Below, in pieces: positions 37,736 to 51,200 of a stretch of 64,000 nt of DNA; position 1 is the stretch's first letter, and every line of letters begins with the position of its first letter. Location: NCBI GenBank assembly GCA_043228905.1, contig JBHGNT010000003.1, positions 24,676,001 through 24,740,000 on the forward strand, read 5' to 3'. The translations under genes were made by a program, and so were the position numbers. The DNA is from Azolla caroliniana. Its lineage: Eukaryota; Plantae; Polypodiophyta. The notes beneath the pieces were generated by a model. It did no database searches. It saw only the letters and a program-made list of their open reading frames with translations, and was not told where the DNA came from.

Positions 37736-37919
37736 CGATGAAACGCGCCACAACAGAAGAATGCGAAGAATCGGGCCAACCTTCCAAAGAAAATCAAAAT
37801 TTTAAATAAATAATTAAAAATAGGAAATAATACTAAAAAAAAGAGGAAATTTTAAACAAAAAAAAAAAAAAAGAGTTTTTGAAAATGGAAATTGTGCAGC
37901 CGCGCGGACGATCGCTCAC

Positions 37920-38210
37920 GCCACGTCAGCTTTACAAAAGTAATAGAAAAAACGATGGGATAATCCACGTCGGATGTAATCATTCGAAATCAGGATAGAA
38001 TAAAGCGAGGCCACGTGTCATATTGTGCTGACTCAGCCATGGCTTTTGTTGCTGAGGTAGATGACACGACATGTGTGACGTTTTGAGAAAAAAAACAGAT
38101 TTTACACAAGAACTTTTAAAAAACAAAAAGTAACGAGTGACACGTGTCGAAACATGGCGGGTTCTGCTGACTAGCCCAATCGGCTCTTTTTACGAACCTG
38201 CTGACATGGC
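37920..38210. promoter_or_regulatory. Cluster of bZIP-type elements, probable invertase promoter
   Basis: GCCACGTCAGC 37920, CCACGTC 37965, GCCACGTGTC 38010, GCTGACTCAGC 38027, TGACGT 38076, GACACGTGTC 38139, GCTGACATGGC 38200. Confidence 0.6.
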
Positions 38211-38249
38211 AGAGCATTGGGACCCCTATATTGCTTATTTATCTACTAG

Positions 38250-38760
38250 CTTTTCTTTTCTTTTTCTTTTTCTTTTTCTTTTTCTTTTTCTTTTTCTTTT
38301 TCTTTTTTCTTTTTCTTTTTCCTTTTCTTTTTCTTTTTTCTTTTGCTTTTTTTCTTTTTCTTCTCTTTTCTTTTTCTTTTTCTTCTCTTTTCTTTTTCTT
38401 TTTCTTTTCTTTTCTTTTTTCTTTTTTTCTTTTTCTTTTTCTTTTTCTTTTTCTTTTTCTTTTTCTTTTCTTTTCTTTTTCTTTTTCTTTTTCTTTTCTT
38501 TTCTTTTTTCTTTTTCTTTTTTTCTTTTTTTCTTTTTTTCTTTTTTTCTTTTTTTCTTTCCATTTGTCTTTTTCTTTTTCTTTTACTTCTTCTTTTTCTT
38601 TTGCTTCTTCTTTTTCTTTTTTCTATTTTTCTTTTACTTCTTTTTCTTTTTCGTTTTCTTTCTCTTTTACTTCTTCCTCTTCCTTTTATTTAGTTTGTTT
38701 TTGTTTTTGTTTTTGTCTTTGTCTTTGTCTTTGTTTTTGTTTTTGTTTTTGTTTTTGTTT
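38250..38760. repeat. ~510-bp T-rich tract: (TTTTTC)n followed by (TTTTTG)n
   Basis: Direct reading. Confidence 0.97.
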
Positions 38761-41700
38761 ACTAGCCATCATTGAGAAAGAAAACGTGGTGTCTATCTCC
38801 CTTTCGATGAAAATCTCAAAGATCTTTGGCACATTCATACATCATGAAAGTGTTCCTCGTGGGGAGCTTCCATTTGTTGACTTCCTAGTTAAGACTTACC
38901 GTAGAAAATAGCATGTCACTGGCTCACCTTGCGATAATTTCATACATGAGGCTAGTTTTTGTACAAATGTTTGGTTGTCACATCAGGTGCTAATGTGGTC
39001 CTCACGTTGTTCTACACATGTTCAAATCTTTGCCCCATGAAAACTACTCAAGTATGTCTCTTGCAAAACATGATTTTATCTAATCACAAACTGATGATGA
39101 ACGTTAAGAATCGTGGGTTTGGTTAATCCCCTTGCCACTTAGTCACAAACTCATGATGACCATTATGAAACGAGAATTTTCGTGCATGTCTAAAAATACA
39201 TTGCCGCACTCCAACAACATATTGAACAAAATGAGAACAACATATTGACCAAGAAACTAGTGGGTTTTCATGCCTCAACATATTGTTCTTGAAGTTGCTA
39301 ACATCAAATTTGGATGGACATTAATCCACAAATTTGAATCGGACTTTTTAGCCTTCTCTCCAACTTTTTGGGGGAATTAGAAAGGGCACAATGAACCAAT
39401 AGCTTTGGAACCTCATCAATCTTTAACCTCTCGTAGTAGTTTTCGGGAACTTTGGAGATACATTTGTTTACCTTTGCTAAAATATAATGATTTTTTGTTT
39501 CTCTTCATAACACTTTTTATACAAATATTGAGCTTTAGATATCATGAAGTGCATATATCCAACATAGGATCTTCAACAAATTCTTAGACATCAAGGAATT
39601 TTATTCATCCAACTACACACCAATTGGTTATTGTAGATCAAAAGCACACACCAATTTGAAGGGTGAGCATCCCAAAGACTATGTATTCTCCATTGTACAC
39701 AAACTCAAAAATAGTCAAATAATCCACTCTACTCGTATTTTCATTGATTCCATTTGGACTTCATGTTGTGTAGATGTTGATAACTCGAGCTCTCCTTCCA
39801 ATGGTTAAACATACCCATAAAGTATTCTAGTTGGGCTAGTTAGTTATGTGTGTTTGGTATTGTATTGTGTCTGTTCAATATTCTAGTGTTGAGTACGTGA
39901 TTAAGTGACCTTTAGGTTGCTACCAACTATCATTTGTGTGTTGCTAATGGTCTTTTGTTTGAGTACTAAACTTTTTTTTATACCTTAATCATTAGGTGGT
40001 TTCTAACCATTGTTAGTGTCAGTGCATCATACTGAATATGCACACACTTAAAACCTATAATTTATAGCCAAGCATGCACAAGTATATATGCATTCTTACA
40101 CATGACATGCACTTGTGTTTGCTTATAAAAGCTTGCACATGTACATATTGGATGGTCTCTATGAGTGAATGGGTTTTGATTTGATCGTTCAGTCATGTGT
40201 AGGTTTGATGGGATTTGTATTATTCAAAGGAAGTTAATATTCCCAATAAGATCCTAAGAAACCCTCTAAGTCCTTTTACATAGTTGTCAAAATAAATCGT
40301 TCATAATTCACACCAACTCATGGTGCATGCCATACATCGGTGACTAGAGTCCATTAGAGGTTTTGAAGCTACGATTTCTAGGTTCCAAAATAAAGAATAA
40401 AGTTCAATTGATAAGACTGTTGGTATTATAGTCCATCGGTGCCCATTACATTTTCTTAAGCTTTATGATAGTTTTTGGAAAAATCAATATTATGTTCCAA
40501 AATCCATAATCTCATATCCTTTCTCACCGACTTTCAAATGCATAATCAATGGGCCGATATGTTTTTGCAAACACGTGTATCAAATCTTGATGAGTGCCAT
40601 TCAATAATATTGTGCAATTTTCTTGATCAATTTCATGTCATTCAATTACCTAGAAAATAGGTTCATTTTGTTCGCTTTCTTAAAATAAACATGATCATCT
40701 TGATGAACGGGGAAAGGTCACGAGACTTGAAAAGTTGTTGTGTTAGAGCTTTAGTTCATTTCATCCAAGGGGGGACATACCTTTTTCTTTCTATGATTCT
40801 ATTAAAAGTTAGCCATTTCCTGTGGACCTTAGCTCTTCTTCTTGCCATTTTTCATTAGCAACGACATTTGATCCAATGTACTGGAGGTAGTAACACAATA
40901 ATTCTAATTGTTTTTGCATAGCTGTGAAATTCTTTTAGTAGCATTTATTGAGCATAAGTTTCAGTAGCTCCTTTAAAATCACCTAGCTCACTATTTCCAA
41001 GCTACTCAAACTCACATGCTTAGTTCATTATTTCCATTATGTTACCATCTAGGCTTGTACTGTTTAGCTTTTCATGGCGTTCTGATAGTTTGTGACCATA
41101 GTACGTAATATACTCGAATGCATTGGCAAACATCCTTTTTCATGAAAATGAAAACAAATGCATATGACATACGTTATCAAATCATTCTTAAAGTTTTTTT
41201 TTCACTTTTTACCTTAAAAAATTTACCTTATAATAAATATGAATACAAATGTATGGTATTTCCCATACTGCAAGGGTGTTTACCATACTCAAATTATTGA
41301 AACATTCTTGAATGCGAATGCACGTATGGTTCATACTATGTTTGTGACATCCCATTTACATTATTTGTATGATCAACATAACTTTTTTTGCTCGCTTTCT
41401 AATAAATTATTCCATTCAGTTGTTCATATATTTGATAATTCCTTTGTCAATTACACTATCGTATATTAGTGGGTGGAGGTGGTATTGACATCTCTTCTTA
41501 ATTTGTTTTTATCTTTTGTGAAACATCTCTTTGAGTTTTCTACACTCGAATTCACATTGGGCATAGCCATTTGGCCTAACTTTGATACTTGTCAAATTAG
41601 GGCATAACTATTGTATGAAAATTTGTATACATGCACGTTGGGACGCCACAACCCTAGATATCGAACCAAGAGAAGACGATAGAATTTGGAAAGAACCTAA

Positions 41701-41984
41701 AACCATTTGCCAACTTGAAACTAATGTGATGGATTAGATAGCAAGTAAGTTGATCAATTGGATAGAAACTAAAGTAACTGGTGACCAAATAGAAATTGAG
41801 GCGATTGGATTAGGTTGCAATTAGATATGTTAATCAACTAAAAACTAAGGCGGTTGATCAGATAATGTTCGAATGTGATATTTTGAGGGGAATTCATCCC
41901 CTTGTCATTCTCAATTCATCTTCCTTCTACATGCATGCAAGGAGTTGGGAGTGAGAGGGTCTTTGGAGAGACACAAAAAGACTC

Positions 41985-42070
41985 GAGGGTATTTCTGGAA
42001 ATAAAGTGAAAAGTGCGAGGGTATTGTTATGGAAATAAAGGAAAAAAGTCGAGGGTATTTTATGAAATAA
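41985..42070 (+). promoter_or_regulatory. Three tef-box-like motifs upstream of the ARM-repeat gene
   Basis: GAGGGTATTTCTGGAAATA, GAGGGTATTGTTATGGAAATA, GAGGGTATTTTATGAAATA. Confidence 0.5.
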
Positions 42071-42240
42071 GTAAGGTTTATTTATGTACTTGTTTGATAT
42101 TTTTGTTCTGTGTTGAGACAGAGAGAGAGAGAGAGAGCTTCGTATTTATAAATCTTTTGCTGTGTTTTTTTCATTCCTCGTCATCTCCATTGCCGAAGAA
42201 TTATTGATTGAATGTTTTCAGTATGTTCAAAATTTCTAGT

Positions 42241-45200
42241 ATGGATCTCGATTCCGTGCCCCCTCGCAGGTTACCTGAGGTTCGCGGTCTCTTCCTCTTT
42301 CTTCCTTTTTCCGGTTAAATCTTTAAAATTCTGTTGATTTCTTAACTTGTATTTCACACGCATTGATTTTTTTCTTTTCATCGTTTGCTTCGTATCCATT
42401 AATCGTATTTCTTTGGATATTTATTAGTAGATACTTCTCTGTAAGGAGTATTTTTTTGGTTTTCCTTTTTTTTTTTTTGTTATCATCCTTAAAATATGAG
42501 TTTTTTTTGTCATTAGTTTGATTGTTTTTCCATCTGTAATAAAATTTTATTAAAACCCTCCATGTGGATTTTGCTATAAATCCTTCAATTTTTCGTTTAT
42601 TTATTATTGCAATTAGTGTTTTTTTAGCTGGTTTCAATCATCACTATGTGACCACAAAAAGTAATGAATCAAAGGAATATACGTATGTCATCTCTGCGTG
42701 TTTGAAGCCACCAATATCACCGAAGCTGAATACACACAGATTGAGATCAGAATCCATCTTAATAGTGATATGATTTGAAGCTTCCTGGAAACTGGTATAC
42801 ATATGTAAGTTTAGATGAACTTTTAAGGTGGTACCATTCCAACATTTGGATCATGATAAATACCACTTTAATAAGGACAAGTGCCTCCTTAGTAGTGATA
42901 AAAAACTTCTTTTGCATCCCACGTAATGATTGCATTTGACAACAATGGTGGAATTTGTGATGCTTAATTATGCTAACTCACTTAATTATAATAAAATTTC
43001 GCACTTCTTTTTGAAAACTTGTTTGCTTATGCTTCTCAGTCAAAAATTTCGATTTTGTAAAGTTGTTTAGTAATTATTTCACATTTATTTCCTAAGAGTT
43101 TTCTAAAGTTATGCTGACAATTGACGATATCGATGCAGGGAAAATACAGCTACACTGAAAGGTCAGTGATAATGTTTCTGTTCAGTTATTTATGAGAAGA
43201 AGTTTTCTTCATTGTGCTGGTTCTGTCATCCTAGTTTTATTGTTGATATTAGTGCAATACTTTGACATATCCTTGGTTTTTCCTTTAATTGCCCACATAT
43301 TCCTGAGTTTTTGTTATTTAACAAAACTTCTGTGCTCAAACCATCAAAAGACAGTAAAAGGGGATGAATGAACCAGCTAAGTGCTCAAATAGCATAGCTA
43401 AGGGGGAAATAGAAAAACTCAAGGGCATTTGGAGAACTAGATAAAACTTGGGGGTATTCCAGAAAATTTTACTTGATATTATAATTGAATTTCCTGCTAC
43501 TTATACCAGGGGGGATTAATCATATTTTTTCAATATCTGACAAACATAAACATATTTTGTAAGTTTTTTCTGTAAAATAATGACAGACTAATGTCTCCTA
43601 CAATGGACGTTCATGACCGAGGTGAAATCGATGATATTGAAGCGGAGTTTATCAGGGCGTGTATTGATGATTCCAAGCTCCCGCCACTTGGTCAACTTTT
43701 TTCAACTGTGCTCTCTGCTAAGCTGTATGACCTGGGAAGTCCGAACAGTGGCAATGGTATAACTTCTCTAATTTGATTGAAAACCCTTGGTTAGACTGTT
43801 CTGATTTTTTTAATGAATCATTTCTTTTGTCTGAAAAGCTTCTCAGATGTTTTAGGTGTCAGATGAATTCTGAAAGTGTAATTTTGAAAGTGTGTAGCAC
43901 CAAATTTCACCTTTTTTGGAACTATAAGTCCAAGCAAGTGGGAAATACCGGTCATCATGAATGATTTCTGTACTGCATGTACTGCTATATATTCAATATA
44001 CAGGTTTCCTACTGGAAAAATTGTGATTCCAATATTGATGCTCTTCTCTAAGAGATCTATGAAAAATTGATGCATAGTCTTCAAATCAAAGCTTGAACTG
44101 AGCTTTATTTTCATTATTGAAAAGATCAAATGTGTCAACATCCACTGTGCTCGTTAATCCAACATAAAATAAACATTAATTTGGAGTAAAATTACCTGTT
44201 TTGATTTTCAAAATTTAACTTACTGTGGTTTTTAAGGTATTAAGCCTGGTTTTACAGGTCTAGTTAATTCTTCCCTTGTATTCCTGCAACAAAATATAGA
44301 GGTGGCACAGCAGAAAAAGATTTCATTGAATAGATTTTTCGTACCATTACTTGAACATGTAAGTTAAACAAAAATAAATACCTTCTCCTTTGTCAATAAA
44401 ACAGTTTCTTGCTGTTTATCACATGGTTTTTGAAACAATCGAGAACTCTAATGCATTAGAACAAAGTTTCAATGAGTAAGACGAGTTTCGCAATGTGAAT
44501 GTTTTCTATGAAGTGAATTAAACTATGTATGTATATCGATATTTTTGGAAAACAATTGTCTTACAATTCCATTTGTTTGAGTTATCTTCCATTTATTCCG
44601 GAAAAGATGTCTTTCTCAAAAACTGCTAGTTCATATTCTTTGTGATGGATTAATGTGTAGTGATCAGAGTCCTCAATTAAAATATGCAAACACCATCACA
44701 AGAAACACTTAAACAAACACTTGCAAAAATCCCAATGCCCAAATTCTGAAGAAAAATATAGAGCTGGATGAGGTTTTTTTATTATTACTTAATCTTGATG
44801 CAAGAAAAAATCTTAGCTTATATATCATGATTTACTATGAGGATGTTATGATAGATTAATACCAACTCCATGATGTTAATCTCAAGTTTCCCCCTTATTA
44901 GTGTTCGCATGCCACTTTTCATAAAATAAAACATACCTTTTTAAGTTTAAACAAGAGGTCTTTCACATGGACATCCCATTTGCAAGTTTCAAGCTTTGTC
45001 CATGTATTCTACTTGGATTCTCACACATTTGTATATCAACATTATCATGCTCTATTTCATTTAGATTCTTGCAAATGTATCTACACATTATCATGCCTTT
45101 GGCTATCAATACATTTGTATCAAGATGTTGATGCATTCTTAGATGATGTGCAATAATTGAATTGTTCTTTCAGTCGTATTTTTATGTAGGTGGTCGTAAT

Positions 45201-48200
45201 TCTTGTGGAAGAATGATATGTGGTAGGTTTTCCCTATATTTGTTACATAGTTGACTGTATTTATTATGGCATGAAGGGCTATGATCTTGCCTCCATTTAG
45301 AGAGCACATCTAGATGCATTCCTAGGTGATGTATAGTAACTTTTTTTTCTTTCAATAGTGCTTTTATGTAGGTGGTCAGTATACTTGTGGAAGAATGATA
45401 CGTGGGTAGATGTCCTGTATATTTGCTACAGCGTTTTGAAGTTATCCCTGTGGAAGAATGGTTTATAAGTCTTCCGCTTTATTTATTATGGCATGAAGGG
45501 CATATATGTTACAGAATAAGCAGAAATAGATGTGAAGGAGTAGTGCTGTGTTTGTGTTGACTTTAGAAGTTTCATTACACCATTCTATCACTTTTCCTCC
45601 CTCTCAGAATTGATTGTAGTGCTTTGGTAGAAAATAAATGAACTCACTCTGTATTTGAAGTAATAGATCATTATTGTTGTAACTTGACAGGCTGTCAAGT
45701 CCAAACATCGCAACAACCGCAAGCAAGTTGTCGCAATACTGGAATGGTTGCTCAATAGGAAGTCCGTGTGCACATCTATCTTAGAGGGTCTTGTCCGAAT
45801 ATTACAATCAAAGGAAGTTGATCACAAAATCAAATTAGGTTGGTGTGTGGTGGTGCATTATCTTCTACAACAGAGGTTGCAAACCAAAGAGTCGCTTCGT
45901 AAGAATTCTTTCAGTATTCTATTATTTTTCCTTATGGATGTTGAAACCAACAGTGATTTTGATATCTGCAAAATGATTCAATTTAAATGTGAGAATAATT
46001 TTTTTATATTCTAGCAGTTGTGTACTGATCTGTTTTATACACATAACTTCTTATGTTTCTTGTTTCTCTCACATGTAGAAAGCAATGGAGTTTTTAAGAT
46101 TTACCACAGTTTTTTATTTCAATGTCATGTTATTTTCTAGAAAAAAAGATCTTGCAGGCCATGAATGACAAATTAAAAAATTTAGGACCAACAAAATGCC
46201 TATAAATCTGTTTGTTTCCTATATTTGTTGCAATGTTTTGACGCTCATTGCCCTCCAAAGTTTGGTCATATTATAGCTTTATTATCCCAAGCTCACGGTA
46301 AAGAAGTTATGATCCTCAAATGAAGGAGACAAAAGAAAAACATTCTCTGTTTACAAACTGTTTTTTCCTTGAACAATTAGTAATTTTTTAGAGTGTACTT
46401 TGCATGTGAGATAGACATAGACATAGATAACTGTCTTGTAGGAATAAAAGTTTGTTCCAATGATATAAAAGATGAACACAAATAGGTCATGGGATTAGCA
46501 TGGGCAACATGAACACAAACCTTTTTAACTAGGAAACCAGTGACTTAAGACTTACTCACTAGGTAAGATTCAAGTCTCCACCAAATGGTTTCCTATCACA
46601 TCAAAAGCTAGCTACAACAATTTCATTAAGGTTAGTAATGGCCCGTTCCTTTGCAACAAACATCTCTAGCCTATTTTTACTAGTCTCTTTGTAGTTCCTT
46701 TCAATACAATGCATCATATCCTCCACTTATGTATCCTCCTTGTTTCCCCTTCGGGCGATAAGGAACTCCACGTTCTTCTAGTTTGTATTTAACACTTCTT
46801 TGAACTTCTTTCCTTCTATCATTATTTGGCCATGTAATAAAAATCTTAATCTATAAGCTAGATCATGTATATTGTAAAAAACAATTTGTTTTTTCCAATG
46901 ATATTAAAGAAATTAAAAAATATATTTTCCTGGGAGGAGTCAAGGGCTTGCTGTTTGAATATAATACGAGATTTCAAATTTGAGCACAGTTGCTCCTTTT
47001 TTTATGTTATGATATCATACTTTCAGGAGATGTATATTAGTGATAGTCATAGTAATGGCCACATTACAATGCAGCTCTAACCCGTTTAAGTAGGAGACCA
47101 TACAGGGCATGTTAAATGACCTATACTATTCACATTTCCTGAACTAGGTTCAGTTAATACTATTTTATAAGTCATGGTCTCTCTCTTCATGGTTTAGATT
47201 ACCACAGCCTGGTTATGGTTTTGTTTTTGTTCGTGCACTAGTTGAGTGTTGATTTAAGAGTAGAAAGATTTATTTGGGTTAGGAATTGGAAACCTGGATT
47301 GAAACCCAACTTTAAAACATTTTGTTGTCAAACTATCAGTTATATTGTTGGATATTTTGTTTTTTTGTGAGAGACATTAAGTGTTTGGGTACTTGTTTAC
47401 CAGGGTTTCCAGATATGTCATTGAAACCATTCATGAACTGCATCCCAGATCTTTTGAATATAATGTCAGATTCCAGGTTAGGTCTCCTAAGGCCTCTATC
47501 CAACTATCTATCAGATAATAAAATATGAAAGATAGTACAGCATCACATTCGATTCCCTTATTTTGCTTCTTGTTTCATGATATAGTTCACAGGGTGTGCC
47601 CACTAGGTTATCTGTGATGGCAGCAGACTGCTTTATTTTAATATGTAAATATGTGGAGGGAGAACGTGCAAAATTATCTACCAGAGAAGAGACTGAAGGT
47701 CCTATACAAATCATGGAGCAGGACTTGAGCGTTCATGAGAATTCAGATTCAAATATCCGAGCATTGGATCGTTCTCCGACCGCTCATGAGGCAACTACAT
47801 CTGGAAGGACAACATTAGGCAAAGAATATCCTCTCTGGGAGCAGTTGGATATCCTTCTTCAGTTTGTTTTAAAACTTAAGAAGGTTAATCTTATTATCCT
47901 TTTGATGGAATATATTCTTTAATTGATTAAGATTGTATGGTGTTTTTATATCCTTTTAAAGCTTAAGAAACAGCTGTTTATTATTCTTTAATTGATTAAT
48001 ACTGCATGGTGATTCTATAGTGGAATGAATGTAGCCGGCCCCTCTATGCGAAGGGTCTGCATCAGATTATTAGAAGTTTGGAGAAACTAGTACAGATCAG
48101 GGATTCTGTGAATTCACAAGGTGGAGGTATTACACTACTTTATATATGTACATACAACATACATACACATGTAAAATACATGTTTCCTGCATCATTTCTG

Positions 48201-51200
48201 GATACTTTGTCAAGCTTACCGTTGCAGGCCTAGAAGATCTGATGGTCCTACAGACAGTATTATCATCATATTGGGACCGTTACAGTGGATTAATGTTGAT
48301 GGATACTTCTACTATTGGTATGGATTCTAAAGGCATGCTTCAGCAGTGGATTGAGGGACTGCAGGTATGCTCACTTTTACATAAGTCGAAGCTTTGGTTG
48401 TTTTTCTGCAATATTGATAAAAGTTCATTAACTACAGCAGCTTGGCCTCAGTTTCTTCATGATTGTTGTGTGTTTAGGTTGCTTTGCTTGCTTAGACCTG
48501 TATAATTGGATGAATATGGCACTTAAAGTAGCATCTCTACATGTTGGAAGTCCTAAGCTGGGTGCCAATAGAAACTTTTGTTGAGTTGCTATGCACATGC
48601 TCCTGTCTTCTTGCAAACTTTCCACCTTTATTTGAGCATTTTTTATCCCATGCACACGTGTATCTCTGCTGCCTGACTTCAATACACTTAAATTTTACAA
48701 TTTATAAGATTTTGAGCACTTTCAATGATATGGAAAAGACTTAAACACGAACATATTTCACTATACTTATCCAATAACACACTTTCTTCCTTGCTAATTG
48801 TCAACAGTTCCTTTATGACTGCCAAAAATTGGAAGTCCTGTTGATTGTCTCTAGTTTTTGGGGAGCAAAGTCTGCTAGATATATGAAACAAGCTTGGGCA
48901 GTAGTGATCTCTCAATGGTAGTTGTGAAACTTGTTTGATGAAGTATTGAGGCAAACAACACCTCTGCTCAACATTTTGGCCAAATTTTTTCCTGTTTTTC
49001 ATCTTTTGTTAGTATCCAACTTAGGTGCTAACTTTAGGGAACTGTTTAAAGGGTGTAAACAAATTGAAATGGAGACAGTGCATTTTATTCATGAAGAATC
49101 TATAGATAAGGAACTTTAAATGGCCCTTAAGTTCCATTGAGGTAAATATCAAACAGTGAATATTAATGATTAGGAGAGTTCTATAGTTATTTGAAACATT
49201 TAACAATGATGGTGGATAAATGGCACATATATCTGTGACATAGTTTTCTTGTTTCCAGCACAATGTGCAGAGACAACATTTGGAGGAGGATTCCAGTTCT
49301 GACAGAAGTGGAAAGGACGCGGATGAAATATGTGTCTTTTTCCTAAGTTGCATGGCTTTGCTATTGGGCCGGCTCAATGCCGTAGAAACAAAGGATCTTG
49401 TGGGCGAGTATGGTTCAATGCTTCTGCTCACGCTTTTTGGTCAGGTACACATGTTCTCATACATAGTCTATTCATATGCACAAATTTGTGTACATTTTCA
49501 ACCATTTAATGGATAGTCTATTTATGTGCCTGATTTTTTGTACATTTTGAACCATATAATTTGTGCAGTTGCATGGCAAACATATGGATGCTGTAGATTT
49601 AGCAGTTGGAATCCTTAGAACCTTCTTATTCCAAACAGACTTTTTGACCATCATGAAGATGGGTACTGTTGCACACTTACTCATAGACCTATTGGATAAA
49701 TGCGATTCAACCTCAACCGCTGTTGTTGCGCTAATTGCGGACTATTTTGCAGTGTATCCTTTACTTTGTGATCAGTTGTGTGTTAATAATGTGCCTTCTA
49801 ACCATTAGCAGTTGAATCTTGCAACTTTTCCGATTTTTTGATCATGAACTAGAAATCCATGTGCTCCTGAGATAGAGAAACTATTTGGTATTCTGGATTC
49901 TGATAATTCAGCACAGAGACAAAATGCTATTGCTGTGATATCTGAGATTCTGAACACCCTTTCATCATCTGAGAATGATATTGCTAACACTGTCAGGTAT
50001 TCAATACTGAATTCTTAATTCTTCTGAATTTCATGAATATCCAGTGTTCTAATTGTAGTCATATGAACCAGGCAGAATATCGCTATACATCTTCTTAAGC
50101 GACTAGGTGATGTTGAACTTGAAAATCGAATTGAGGTGTCACGAATTTTTGGGAAGCTTGGTAATATAAATGCAGCCTAAATTTGCCTCCATGGATTGTG
50201 TAAGCTTAAGTGAAAATGTTCATTCCATTCCTAATTGTAAGCCCAAACCCCACCTAAAACCTGCATAATCCACTGGTCCCATAGGTTTTGTTTGTGAACA
50301 TTAATGGAACTTTCTTAGTTTCTTTATGGGTTCTGTTTTTTTTCAACTCTTGATCTGTTCTACATATCTAACATTTGTGAACATCAATAGAATTTTCATA
50401 ATTTCGTTATGGCTTCTTTATATTCACTCTTAATGTCGTCTACAGATTCAAAATTTGTGAACATCAATAGAACTTTTGTAGTTTCTTTATTGGTTCTAGA
50501 ATTTTCTTAGTTTCTTTCTGGGTTCAGTTTTTTTTATCTCTTAGTGTGTTGTGCAGATCCAACATTTGTGTTGCCAGACCTTGTACAGAAGGTCTATTCA
50601 CGTGATGAAAAAGTGCGAACCACAGCCAGTTCATCGATTGTCTCAATTTTGAAAGGGCAGAGCAATTCATTTACTGTATTAAGTGTTCTGCTTGATTGTA
50701 CTAGGTGAAGTATTGTGATTGTAATGCCGTTTTGTGTGCTTGACTGAAGTACTTTACTTAAGTTGATCATTTTGCAGTAATGTCATCGGGAAAAAAATGT
50801 CTCCTGCCCATCCAGGAGATATATGTGTCTCTAACAGCGAACAATCATTAACAGGTATTTATCATGTTGCTTCTTCTCCAGTAGACATTGCTAGAATTTT
50901 CTTAGAATGTTAATTTGGGGTTATGTGTACAATATTTATCATGATGAACAAATGATGTCATTTAATATTCAGATGCTGATCGAATCATGCGGTTGATACC
51001 ATCTTGGGCTTCTGAGGCAAGGAAAATCATGCTAGTGCCTCATAGTTATTGCTTAATGAATTTTCATGCCTTGCACTTTTTTAATATTATTAATAATTAC
51101 AGATACTGCTGTTTTTATGATAACTTCAGTTCAAATAAAGAGACGTAATATAATATAAAATAATGCTAATCTTAGAATATACAATGAAGAACGAGTGACA

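Noticed and set aside
38137-38911. Poly-Phe and poly-Lys ORFs of 105-226 aa
   Set aside because: Translations of the T/C microsatellite
39000-41900. Possible hAT-like transposase debris here and at ~19900-20750
   Set aside because: Only faint phrase-level resemblance, no TIRs or catalytic motifs readable
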